Program-made: the position numbers and the translations under genes | Notes under the pieces: model-generated | Seen by the model: the letters and a program-made list of their open reading frames with translations, nothing else | Database searches by the model: none | What the model was told of the DNA's origin: nothing | Part shown: in pieces, positions 1 through 11,945 of the stretch | Position numbering within the stretch: the stretch's first letter is position 1 | Layout: the number at the start of each line of letters is the position of its first letter | DNA from: Azolla caroliniana | Taxonomy: Eukaryota > Plantae > Polypodiophyta | Length of the DNA stretch: 64,000 bases | Direction of reading: 5' to 3' | Assembly: GCA_043228905.1 (NCBI GenBank) | Contig: JBHGNT010000013.1 | Span: 2,790,001-2,854,000 of the forward strand

Positions 1-1351
1 GCCTCTTCATCCCCTTCTCGCTCATGTGACATAGCCTCTTGTGCCACAGCTCACCGGCAGTGGCGGATGCCACGTTCACTTCTTCCGGACATAACTGGGC
101 ATTCATCAGGTAAAATGTGTTTACCTTCCGGGCCCGAGCCACAATTAGGGTTCCTTTGCTAAACTTCATAACACCGTTCCGGATGCTACCCGTGTAGCCT
201 TCATCATCTAGCCGACCGGCTGATATCAGGTTCAGACGAACCTCCAGAACGTGTCGGACATCCTTCAGCAGCAACTTGCATCCGGTTGGTGTTGTCAGCC
301 ACACGTCTCCTTTGCCGACAATTCGGCATGTACCTTCATTCCCCATCCGGACACATCCGTGATCACCGGCTGAGTAGGATGAGAAGCATTTCCGGTCAGG
401 GGTAAGGTGGATTGACGCTCCAGAGTCGACCACCCAGGTCATCTCGTCGCCGGCAAGGTTTAGCTCACTCTCCTCGGTGATGAGCATAAACTCTTCTTCA
501 CTTGTTGCAATTGCCGTCGTTCCCTTTCGGTCCGTTCCCCTCCGGTGTTTACCGTTCCGGTCCGTTGTCCACTTCTAATTGGTACTGTTGGTTTCCTTGT
601 CTTTCCGGAAATGCCGACAGTTCTTCTGGAAGTGTCCCGGCTTGCCGCAATAGAAGCAAGTAGGCCTCCCCCTTGACTTTGACCGTGTCCCCGACTTTTC
701 CCGGTTCTGGGGACTACGGTTTCTTTGTCTTCCGCCTTCCGATTCGATAAGGAGCGCTTTGGAGTCGGAGCTCGTATCCTTATCTTTCCGACGCACCTCC
801 TCATCTAGCAAGCTCGACTTCACTCCTGCTAGGGATAACCGTTTCCCTTCCGTCCCGACGTTGCCCAAAGTGACAACCAACGTGTCCCAGCTATCCGGGA
901 GGGAACCGAGTAGGAGTAGCGCTAGTACCGCATCGGTGAGAGGTACTTCCAATGATGTTGCCTAGTGTATCAGCCCCTAGAAGGCATTCATGTGCTCCAC
1001 CATGCTGGAGCCATCTTGGTACCGGAGTCTTGCTAGCTTCCGGAATACCGAAACCTGATTAACAACATTTTTGTTCTGAAACATAATGCCGATCTTCTCC
1101 CAGAGCTCATGAGCCTTGCTCTCTTCATTGAAGTTGTTGTATAGACTCATTTTGATGAAGCACCGTATGTACGCCGTTGTCTTTATGTGCATCACCTCCC
1201 ATATCGTGGTGTCGATTTTTTCCGGTCTCTTGTCCCCGAACTGAACCGGCAGCCAAAGGTCTTTAACCACGAGCATGTCCCTCATCTTCGACTTCCACAC
1301 CGAATAGTTGGAGCCAGTGAGCTTGAAAATGCCTCCCAACGAATCGTCCAT
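1..1351 (-). pseudogene. Disrupted gag-pol of copia A1
   Basis: ORF pieces 977-1351 and 575-952 separated by in-frame stops; downstream DNA matches the intact A3 polyprotein. Confidence 0.88.
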
Positions 1352-1366
1352 TTCCTATGTCGTTTC

Positions 1367-1378
1367 GCTCTTATACCA
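1367..1378 (-). promoter_or_regulatory. Primer-binding site (tRNA-iMet type, 1 mismatch)
   Basis: TGGTATAAGAGC on the minus strand, 3 nt from the LTR. Confidence 0.85.
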
Positions 1379-1381
1379 CTT

Positions 1382-2059
1382 TGCTAGGAACTACACTCGG
1401 CCACAACCGAGCTTAGAATCGAACACAAAAAACGGGGAATGAAAGAAAAAAAACACGACACAAAGGAGAGAAGGGTATAGAGGATGTTTAACGTGGAAAA
1501 CCTTGAGAGGGAAAAAAAACCACGGTAGTCCACAGACTCCAAACTATCACTATATCACAATGATTACAACAGTGAGCTCATGGAGGCAATGACCTCGTGC
1601 TCACGATCTTCGCCACAGGTGGCGGTTACAACAGAGGCAATGACCTCTTCCTCTCTCTCTCTCTCTCTCTCTCTCTGTACACTATTACGCGCTCTCTAGT
1701 CTTGAACCAACAAGAATGACAACAACAACACTCATATAAGTTTTCCCTAAGTCATATTTATACTAATATGACTTTTCGGCTATTTACAAATATAGCCCCG
1801 ATGGACTCTCAAAAGATATATTTACGAATATGTCCCTTCATCCGGTGAGCGCTCCTCACCGGGCCTGTATCATCCGGATCTTGCCAGGCACTCGTCATCC
1901 GGTTCTCCGTAGCCGAATACTCCTCATCCGGTTCTCATCGGGTCTTCCGTAGCTGGGTATTCCTCATCCGGTTTCGGGCTCGGCCTATCAGCCTCGACCG
2001 AGTTTGCTCATCGACACTGTTCTCCTCACTTCCCATCCGGAGGGACCTGTTTCCTAACA
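1382..2059 (-). repeat. 5' LTR of copia A1 (678 bp)
   Basis: TG...CA ends, (CT)n tract and CCGG-rich U3 repeats; homologous to 37629-38383 and 41847-42635. Confidence 0.9.
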
Positions 2060-4952
2060 GAAGTGGCATGGGCAATGCTGGGAGAAAAGAGCATGCCCAA
2101 GTTCTATTGGGCCGAAGCGGTCCAACCGTGGTCTACATCCAAAATCGGATCGGGCGAAAAAGTGTCGGCACATGAGCTGTATTTCGGAAGGAAGCCGAAT
2201 CTACGACAGTTGAGGGTTTTCGGTAGCATCGGGTATGTGCATGTGCCGAAGGAGAAGCGGAGGAAGTTGGACGCGAAAGCTGAGAAGTATATCTTGGTCG
2301 GCTACTCAGACGAACAGAAGGGTTATAAGTGTTATAACCCCCGAACCAAACAAGCTCGCGTAAGTCGCGATGTTGTGTTCGCTGAGTCCACATCTTGGTA
2401 TTTGCCTTCGACTCCGGACCCCAACTCCAATTCGAGTTTTGAAGATGAGCTCAGCGAGGTTGAGATGCCTCCTGATGAATGCGAAGTCGGAACTCTAGAA
2501 GAGAGTTTGATCTCATTTCAGTGGACCGAATGAGCGACTAAGTCAGTTTGACCAGTCAATTGAAGAGCCGACGAGTAGTGGAGACTCGGCCGTGCATTCC
2601 CCACGTAGGACGCCGAAGAAACCGCTTACGCACAAAGAAAAGGGAAAGAAGAAGATGCCGGAGTACGGCACAGATAGGGACGAGTCGGATCGACGCGAAT
2701 CTGACTTTGAGAAGAGCGGTGATGGGCCTTCAAGAGCGAAGTCCGTGTCGGCCAGAATGGCCTCAACATCGGCTAATGTGCAATTACGCCGATCTATCCG
2801 CCAGAAGAACCCTGTTGTGTGGTTTGGATACAACGAGTACATGGCGCATCACCATGCGTACATGGCCTGTGTAGCGGACGTGTGTGAGCTGGAGAGTTAC
2901 ACAGAAGCGGCAAAGGATGCAAATTGGCGTGTTGCCATGGAGGAAGAAATGACCACACTTGCGGAGAATGAAACTTGGGACCTGGTTGACGCCCCCAAGG
3001 GTGTAAAGCCGATTGGATGCAGGTGGGTGTACAAGATCAAGTACATCACCGACGGCTCGGTCAACCGATACAAGGCCCGATTAGTAGCCGAAGGGTACGG
3101 GCAACAACATGACATCGATTACGATGAGATGTTTGCATCAATTGCGAAGATGACGACCGTCTGTGTTTTGCTTGTGGTAGCTGCAGCAAAGGGGTGGTAC
3201 TTACATCAGATGGATGTAAAGAATGTGTTCCTGCAAGGCGAGCTTGAGGAACAAGTGTACATGGTACAACCCGCTGGATTTCACTCTGGAACGAACACTT
3301 CGGTGGTATAACGGTTGAAGAAGTCCCTTTACGGACTAAAGCAACCCCCGCGTGCCTGGAACGCGAAGATCACGCAACGTTTGCGTCGGATGGGATTTGC
3401 GACGTCCAAATCGGACACTTCATTGTTTGTCCGGCAAGGTCGAATTGAGCCGGTTAGTATTTTACTTTATGTTGATGACTTGGTCATCGCCGATGTTGAC
3501 CTAGGTGAAATTGATTGCATAAAGCTCCAGCTTGCGACATCATTTGATACCTAGGGGACCTTCATTACTTTCTTGGGATCGAAGTGATCCGCACCCCGAA
3601 GGCATATTGATCAACCAACGACATTACGTGCTGAGTATGCCCTTCAAGTTTGGGATGGCGGACTGTAAGTCTGTCTCAACTCCTCTTGACAGAACCGTGA
3701 AGCTTCACCCTGACTCCGGAAAGGTCTGTGACCCGACAAGGTTTCGACAGATTGTTGGAAGTCTCATATACTTGACTATCACCTGACCGAACCTCAACTA
3801 CCCGGTCGGCTTGATTAGTCAGTACATGGCACGGCCAACTGAGGAGCACCTTCAATGTGCGCAACGTGTACTCAGGTACGCCAGTGGCACTAAGGACCGG
3901 GAGCTACTATATCGGACCGGTACTGCCGTGCAGCTAGTCGGCTATACGGATGCCAACTAGGCTGGAAACGCTGACGATCGCCGATCCACATCCGGATTTG
4001 CGTTCTCCCTTGGGAGCGCCGCGATCGCGTGGAGGAGCAAGAAGCAGCCGACAGTTGCACTGTTGAGCACAGAGGATGAGTATCGAGGAGCGGCTGTCGC
4101 AACATGCGAAGCCATATGGCTGAAGTGGCTACTTAAGGATCTGTAGGTGGAGGTGTCCGATCCGACAACGATCTACTGAGACAACCTCAGCAACATCCAA
4201 CTTGAGAAGAACGCCGTCTTCCACGCCTGGACTAAGAACATTGAGGTGCACTACCACTTTGTCCGTGAGCGTGTCCTCTCTGGTGAAGTTGAACTTCAGT
4301 ATGTTTCGACAGATCGATAGACCGCCGACATAAGGTGCCGATCTTGAGGGGGAGAAAAGTCCCGCAAGACCAAGGAAAGGAGCAGGAAAGGTGCGGAAGT
4401 GAAGGCGGATCCGTGGAAGAGTCCGGAAGCGAACGAGATGGCAGCGGCTGAAAGAAAGAGCCTACATGGGGGAGATGAAGCCAACAAGGTGTGAAGCCAA
4501 GAGAAACCGGAGCGAAGGACCGGAAGAGCCTCAAGTTGAGCTTGAGGGGGAGTGTTGTGATACAAGCTCAACATTGGCCGGATCGGTGCGTAAACCGGTG
4601 CGAAAACCGGTGCGCAACAAGAGGCCGGATCGGTGCGGAAACCGGGAGGCCGTTGAATAGATATTCCGCGAGGGAATATATTTGGGAGTTAGTGTAGGAG
4701 CTCAGTTATGAGCATTGAAGTACGTGTTAGTACTTCTGTCAGTCCGTATGGACTTGTATAAAAGAGCTCCCTGAGCACATCCTACATGTACAGAGTTTTT
4801 ACACATTATTTTGAATTCAGTTTGCTTCTGTGTGTTATTTTTTCCCTCTCTGTCTCTCCTGCATACATTGTGTCCGAAGCTCTCTAGTAAACATGTTGTT
4901 TCCTCCTGTTGGTATTCTGTGTGTCGTATAGCTTTTGACGTTACATTTTACA
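2060..4952 (+). mobile_element. Ty1/copia (group B, copy B1), 3' half: integrase C-terminus, RT, RNase H, 3' extension, PPT, 3' LTR; degenerate
   Basis: ORFs 2063-2533, 2592-3311, 3315-3554 (LYVDDL), RNase H remnants; PPT TTGAGGGGGAG 4542-4552. Confidence 0.92.
4553..4952 (+). repeat. 3' LTR of copia B1 (about 400 bp)
   Basis: Starts TGTTG directly after the PPT; ends TTTTACA like the B2 LTR; TATAAAAG near 4757. Confidence 0.8.
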
Positions 4953-5194
4953 CCAAGTTCTCTTTCTTCTCTCACTGTCTTGTGCTCTGTACTGACTCCA
5001 GGATGAAGGTGAAGCCTCTGCTTGCGCAGGAAGCCCGTCAACTCCCGACTAGAGGTTCATCGTCCTGAGTTTTTGTGTGTGCGCGTGTTTCGTGAGCTCG
5101 TAGCTCTGATACTGGGCAGGTTCGGTTGTACTCCTCTTTGCATAGTCCATTTTGTTTCATTGTATCCGATTTCTCTCTCTATGTTGTGTACGCA

Positions 5195-5960
5195 TCACCA
5201 TTCTGTCTCCGTCTGTGGCTCGCATTTACCCGAGTCTTGCGTCGGAACCCGAACCTTGGCACGACCCCTTCGGAAGCTAATGTTGTTAAACTGCAAGTTC
5301 TGCTTGATATTAGTGGAACATAACCATGGGCGACCTAGCAAAATAGGGTATGCATCCGGGCGTCGAGAGCCAAAACAACGGTTGCAATTTCGAAGGCATG
5401 GCCACCTATCACGATTTTTAATTTTCAGACCAACTCCGATGGTCGAACAGAACACGTATCCGCCATACGGAGCTAGAATGGGCACACTTCCCACTCCGTA
5501 ATGCTGAGCCGATTACACGTGGCCTTACTGATAACGTTACCAGAACCTTCATCGATAATATAGCTTGTGACTTCCAGTCCTTGCAGAACCACCGTGATGG
5601 CCGGATTCTGATGGTCAATCATTGCTAGCCTCGTACTAGATTCTGTAAAATTAGTCGAAATTTCGACTTCGGCCACACCCCATATTTGTGTTCCTACAGT
5701 CTACCAGAATCAAGGAACTAGGTTTAATAACTTATCCATTGTCAGGGTAATCTCACAGTTGGCAAGTGCTTCCCATATCGGATCCTCCATTGATGCCGTC
5801 TCTTGTTCGTGGGAAAATGAAGCTGTGTTCACCAACTCCTGGCACATGCGGTTAACATTGGTTTCATTCGCCTTCTCAACCCAAGCTTTATCAACTTCGT
5901 GGATCTCATCTTGCTCTGCCCATTCCATGCTCTTGGCCTTACTGTGGGTTGTGACTTGTT
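5195..5960 (-). pseudogene. Gypsy (Athila/Tat-like) gag-end/protease fragment
   Basis: VTTHSK, DPIWEALANC, IIDEGS (protease D-x-G-like), YPILLGRPWL motifs in broken minus-strand ORFs. Confidence 0.75.
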
Positions 5961-8602
5961 GGGATCTAATTTGGCAAGCCTTGGCCAACTGCAAAATTTC
6001 AATGCCCCTCAACAAGTTCCTGAATCTCGTTCCTCGATTCAAAGAAACTATGGTGGCAATAGCCAGTGAAAAGGAACGACCGACTGCACCGATTCACCTC
6101 GCCGAAACAAGCAATGGACTAGTCGGGATGGATGCATAGAGCCCGACCATGGTGGTTCCGATGTGAACGTAATCAGTTTGGCCACATGCGACTGACTAAG
6201 GATTATTCAATGGGAAGCTTGCCGATTCTAGCTAAGGATGGCGGACACCCACTCTGTAAGACTGCTCGGTCTAATTCGGCACCTTGAATTTGTAATCGGT
6301 GGGCATATGTTTCGATTTCAGTGGGCATGATGCACATGGAAACCCCAACTGTGAACCCAATTCTGCTCAGATGAATGTGGCTACGGACGACAAACATTAA
6401 GCAGAATTGGGAGCAAAACATCATAACCTTCCGACGAGGAAAAACAAAGATTGATGTCTCGACCGAAGAACGAACATCCACAACCAAGGACACAACACTA
6501 CTTTATGACAAAGGAGTCCATATACTCGATGGGCTAGCCAATGACGAAATTGACCATACTTAGAAGAGAACCCGAAAATCATACCACTTTTCGAAATCGA
6601 TGTCGTCGAGGCCGTCAACTTGTACGTATCTGGGAGGGACACCACGACGGAGGAAACCTTAAGGGAACTACACCCAACCTTAAGAGAAGCCCTTGAGCGA
6701 GAGATGGCGATCACGAGTGAAGGCCTTGACAATGGAAGAAATCAATTTAGGAACAATCGAGGACCCTCGGTCGGTTAAAATCGCCAAGGAGCGAGCCTTG
6801 GCCGAGCGATCATCGATGATGGTACTGTTAAAAGAATATAAAGATGTATCCACATGGTCATACAGTGACATGCAAGGCCTCGACCCTCAGTATTATAAAC
6901 ATCAGATACATCTGAACAAAGGCGCCAAATAGGTCTAGTAGAGGTGGTACCGCATGAACCCCAACTACGCGGGCAAGGTTAAGGAATAAATCAATAAGCT
7001 ATTACAAGTTAGTTTTATTCATCCAATGAAGCAAGCCACCTGGTTTAGTCCGATTGTCGTCGCGCCGAAGAAAAATGGGAAGATCCGGGTTTGTGTCAAT
7101 TACCGAAAACTCAATGCAGTTACTATTACATATGCTTTCCCTCTACTGCTCGCTGATGGCGTACTAGATGCCGTGGAAGGCCACAAAGTCTACAGCTTCC
7201 TAGACGGGTTTAGTGGGTACAACCAGATTCGGATGAACCCGGACGACTAGGAAAAAACAACCTTCTTCACGGAATGGGCCGTTTTCGTGGCGGTGGTGAT
7301 GATGTTTGGTCTCAAAACGACGTCAGCCACTTTCCAATGGATCATTAAGGAAATCTTTAGGGACTACATTCCAGCCTTAATGCAAATATTTTTAGATGAT
7401 TTTGTGGTATATGGCCATCTAATGGAGCACCTTGATCACTTGCACCTCTGCCCGGCAGATGCCGCACAACCTGACTAAGCCCGAGTCCTGCAAAATGCGC
7501 ATTCAGTGCCACTAGCGGGGCTCTACTTAGACACATCGTCATCCAGGAAGGGATCGTTGTAGATCCCGACAAAGTCAATTCCATCCTCGAAGCTCCCGCA
7601 CCGAAAAACGCAAAAGCCTTGAACCTCTTTCTAGGACAAATCCGATGGCATAACTGAATGCTCTACTACCTGGCTGACTTCACAACACCCTTACACGCAG
7701 CAGTTCACCGTACGCCGTTTCGGTGAACCACCATGAAGGATGAGGCATACAATGCACTCAAAATAATGCTATCCTAAGTTTGAAAAAAACCCTTCCACGT
7801 GTTCGTCGATGCTTCCGACACAAGAATCGGGAGTGCGTTGATACAACTGACCGCACTGAATTGGTATCAACCGGTGTATTACACCAATTGGTGACTCTCG
7901 GCAGCAGAAAAGAATTATTCAGCCACCGAGCGGGAGGCTGTTGGCATGATCTATAGTATCACCAAGTTTCGGCATTACCTACTCGGCCGGAAATTCACTT
8001 TTCATGTTGACCACTTGACGCTCCTTTACCTAGTCCCGAAACAATCACTCATTGATCGATTGGCCAGATGGATGCTCTTATTACAAGAAATCGATGTTGA
8101 CATTCAACACAGGCTAGGGGTAGATAAAGCCTTAGCTGACTATCTGAGCCGACTTGAGTAAGGAGAAACACCTGATGGCGTATAGGATGGCTTCCCGGAT
8201 GGGGAAATTTTTCAAATCGACTCGATCAATTCCGGTGATGACAAGTGGCTTGACGATATGACATACTTCCTAACCTCGGGCTTGCCACCTACCAACATGT
8301 CACTTGACAAGAAAAAACGATTAGTAGTCCAAAATTTACACTTCTGCGTACTTCACGACACACTATATCACAAGAGCGCAGACGACATTTGGCGTCAAAT
8401 TGTTTGATAGTTCAAAAAAGACGTAATCTTACACGAAGCGCATTCTGGCATCGCAAGCGGGCATTTCGCTGGAGATGCAACAACCTGAAAAGTGTGGCAG
8501 AGTGGCCTTTGGTGGCCGACAACGCAAAAGGACGTTGTGAAGTTCTGCAGCCAATGTGACTTATGCCTACGAATGGGACAACCGATAGAACAAGCACGCA
8601 TG

Positions 8603-9147
8603 TAACTATCGGCAATGGTTTGGTTTGAACTGAACCGAACCGTGAAACCGTGGTTTAATGGCTTAATAGTTTCAACGGTTCAGGTTTTTAAAAATGGTTC
8701 GGTTCGGTTTCATTCGTAAAAAACCGCGGTTTAAACGGTTTAACGGTTTTTTATGTTTTATTTTTTCTTTAAAAATTTAAAAAATTTTAAATTTTTTTTA
8801 AAAATGTTTGAAAATTGTTTTTAAACAATCTTTTCATTTTTAGACCTTATTTTCACATTTTAGGAACATCTTAAAAATTATAAAAAAGTTAAAAAATGAA
8901 ATATTATAAATTTTAAAAAATAAAAAATAAAAAATAAAAAATAAAAAATAAAAAATAAAAAATTTGACCTATGTTGAAAACCGAAACTGAACCACGAAAC
9001 CACGGTTTTTACGGTTTAATGGTTTAACGGTTTGAAAAATGTTTAATGGTTCGGTTTGGTTCAGGTTCCAAAAAATTTAAACAGTTCGGTTCCAAACCGG
9101 TTTGGTTTGGACCCTCTCAAATCGAATCGAACCGTTGCTGATTGTTA
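8603..9147. mobile_element. Non-autonomous hAT-type element/MITE (545 bp)
   Basis: Perfect 8-bp TSD CACGCATG (8595-8602 and 9148-9155); imperfect TIR TAACTATCGGCAATGGTT / TAACAATCAGCAACGGTT; subterminal AACCG/CGGTT repeats; AT-rich core. Confidence 0.92.
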
Positions 9148-9479
9148 CACGCATGCCACACCAGCCAATCGTACCCCTTGATCCTTTTCAGAAGTGGGAT
9201 CTCGATTTTGTGGGCCCATTGAAACAGGTAGTGGCACGAACTGGGAATCGTTACGTCATTATCACAACCGATTACTGCACCAAGTGGGTGGAGGCAAAGT
9301 CACTTTGAGTCAAGACGACCGCATCTACGGAAAAATTCTTCTACGAAAATATTTGGTGCACGTATGGGTTTCCATTCGAATTAATAAGTGACCAAGGAAG
9401 CCACTTTATCAACAGATTGGTATATGACCTCACGAATGACTACGCCGTGGTGCATAAAAAGAATACGCCTTACTATCCA

Positions 9480-10473
9480 CAGGCATAGATTGACCCATGT
9501 GTAATATTCGTGGTATTCAACATCCGTAATATTCACGATATTCGAGAATATAAAACGGCCCCAAGAATATTATAAAACCTTTCGTTTACATATACATGTA
9601 CACACATACATATATGATATATGTATATATATACACATACATATATGATATATACATATACATACATGTGTATACACACACATATATCACTCATATATGT
9701 ATATACACACATACATCAATAATTAATTAACTCACTAATATCATAATTAATTAATTCACTTAAACATTAAATGATTCACTAATATCATAATTAATTAATT
9801 CACTTAAAACATTAAATGATTCGCTAATATCATAATTAATTAATTCACTTAAACATTAATTGATTCACTAATATCATAATTAATTAATTCACTTAAACAT
9901 TAATTGACTAACTAATACATTAATTAATTAATTCACTTAAAGATTAATTGACTCACTAATACATTAATTAATTTACTAATACTGTATACATATCTTAATT
10001 CACTAAACAATTAATTGAAAAATATTAGTTAATTAATTGGGGCTTCTACTAAACTTAGCTAAACTTCTGGTTTTAGTGAAAGCCTGAGTTTGGAGCTGAG
10101 AACAGGATGTAGGATTAGAATAGAGCATGAGAGGGAGTCACGGACATGGGCTCAAAAGAAAGAAATATTGTCGAGATTAGGACTATGACATAGATTAGGG
10201 TTTTTCAGCCGAAACCCTAATTTTCTGGCCAAGAACAATATGCAGAGGGAAGCGAGGGCAGCACGCACAGGGAGGGAGTAGGGTGAGGCTTCCTCATTCA
10301 CTGCTCGCTGTTCGTTCACTCGCTTACAGGATAAAAACATTTTTTTATTTTTTATTTTTTAAAAGAAATAAAGAAAAAAAAAGAAAACGGATACATTTAC
10401 ATGCATTCGTATTCCTATTTGTATGGATTTGTGGGGCAGGTCCCACGAATGTGAATATGTCAATCTATATCTG
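9480..10473. mobile_element. Non-autonomous TIR element (about 994 bp), superfamily uncertain
   Basis: TIR CAGGCATAGATTGAC / CAGATATAGATTGAC (13/15); splits the integrase YP-Q-ANG motif; subterminal ATATTC repeats; no clear TSD. Confidence 0.8.
9720..10020. repeat. AT-rich minisatellite (about 44-bp unit, about 6 copies) preceded by a (TA/CA)n tract at 9588-9715
   Basis: TAATTAATTAATTCACTTAAACATTAAATGATTCACTAATATCA repeated. Confidence 0.88.
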
Positions 10474-10976
10474 TAGGTAAATGGGTTGCCAAATTGACCA
10501 ACAAATCATTGCAAATCATCTTGAAAAAAATCGTGAATGAAAATCGAATGGACTGGGATAAGAAACTGCTCTTTGGGCGTATTGCACAAGGTACAAGACA
10601 AGCATACTATCGACCTTGTTTCGATTAGCATTCGAATTAGGAGCAGTCATGTCGGTGGAATTTCAAGTTCCAAGTTTACGATACAACCCACTAAGTGATT
10701 ACTGGAAGTTGAATCCGAACAGAGGCAGCTAGAGCAACTACTTGAGCTCGGCAAATCATGTATCACGAGCTTGGGCAAGCTAGAGCAGGGTCAATGCCGA
10801 CGCAAAGACTTTGTTGATCGGCACCGAAAAGGCAATTAACAATCATTTGGCATCGACAGAGCAATGTTGATAAGTTAGAGCTTTGTCCCTCCAAATGGGA
10901 GAAGTTGTCAATTGAATTGGAGGAGTCGACAAGCCGAGTTCAGGATGGTCGATTGGATCGACCAGTGAGTCGACTT

Positions 10977-11431
10977 TGTTACGGGCATGACCATATAATA
11001 TCCCGTGGTAAGAATTTACCGTAGTATTCTATACACGTGGATAAGTGTGAGGGTTAAATGAGAGTGTAAAGAAGGGGAGGATTACTTTTAATCCTCGGGA
11101 TTGAGACAACCCATTAGGTCAAGTGTGAACTTGCCTGGGGGCCTTGGGTTTCGCTATAAATAAGAGGCCTAGCTACCCTCATTTGATGATCTTTTGACTA
11201 CATCGAGACTCTGCTCGTGTGGTGGGTCAACTCTTGTAGCGAGCGCGCCAGCACCAGGTACGACTCGACGCCACGGCGGTGGTATGGGACGCCGATCGAG
11301 GCTCGAGTCCGTCTCGATCCCTTCGCTCGGGGGTGGTCGGGTGGATCGGCACCCTTCTTTCTCTTTCTCCTTTCTATCTATCTTTTCATTATCCTTATCT
11401 TAAGCTTACATTAGTACTATGATCTATAATA
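10977..11431 (+). repeat. Chromovirus 5' LTR (TG...TA)
   Basis: Direct repeat of 17539-17993; TATAAATA near 11155. Confidence 0.96.
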
Positions 11432-11433
11432 TT

Positions 11434-11443
11434 TGGTATCAGA
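11434..11443 (+). promoter_or_regulatory. Short PBS (tRNA-iMet, 10 nt)
   Basis: TGGTATCAGA, 2 nt after the LTR, followed by a T-run instead of GC. Confidence 0.85.
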
Positions 11444-11679
11444 TTTTTTTACTAATGTTTCTTTGTTTTTCATTTGTCTTTTGATTGATGCTGATCGATC
11501 ATTGTGCGGTTGGCCTTGATCCAGACAACGATCAACAAAGAACTTCGGTAACTCTTTCCATATTTTTTTTTCTATTCTCTCTTCTCCCATCTAATCATGT
11601 GTTTAGTTTATATGTAATTTTTTTCATTAAATCAATGATGTTGTAGTGGTCTTTAATTGATTATCTAAAACGTTTACAT

Positions 11680-11945
11680 ATGTGCACGAGGTCAATACCT
11701 CGTTTGACATATTAATAATATGTGATGAGTGTCGTATGCGTACGAGGTTAATACCTCAATTACGTATTACGTTCACGAACATATGTTACGTTTGCGTATG
11801 AGTTTAATACCTTAATTTGTTGTAAACGATATGCGTTTGGTCTCGTATGCGTAAGAGGTCAATACCTCCATTGCGTATTACGATGATCTCTTATTTGTGG
11901 ATGTTTCGTGTGCGTAGAGGTATATACCTCGATTACGTATCTCGA
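11680..11945 (+). repeat. Array of five palindromic hairpin repeats (about 56-bp period)
   Basis: GAGGTNNATACCTC-type cores at 11688, 11744, 11800, 11855 and 11917. Confidence 0.85.

Larger units (their letters stand above)
1..2059 (-). mobile_element. Ty1/copia LTR retrotransposon (group A, copy A1), 5' part: 5' LTR, PBS, gag, protease, start of integrase; continues off the left edge
   Basis: LTR TG(1382)...CA(2059); PBS next to it; minus-strand gag MDDSLGG..., zinc knuckle CFYCGKPGHFQKNC, protease-like WVVDS; inserted into the integrase of copy B1. Confidence 0.93.

Noticed and set aside
10211-10220. Telomeric repeat AAACCCTAA
   Set aside because: A single telo-box-like motif, not an array
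11680-11945. CRISPR array
   Set aside because: Repeats are degenerate, spacers are short, there are no cas genes, and it lies inside a eukaryotic retrotransposon; kept as a hairpin array
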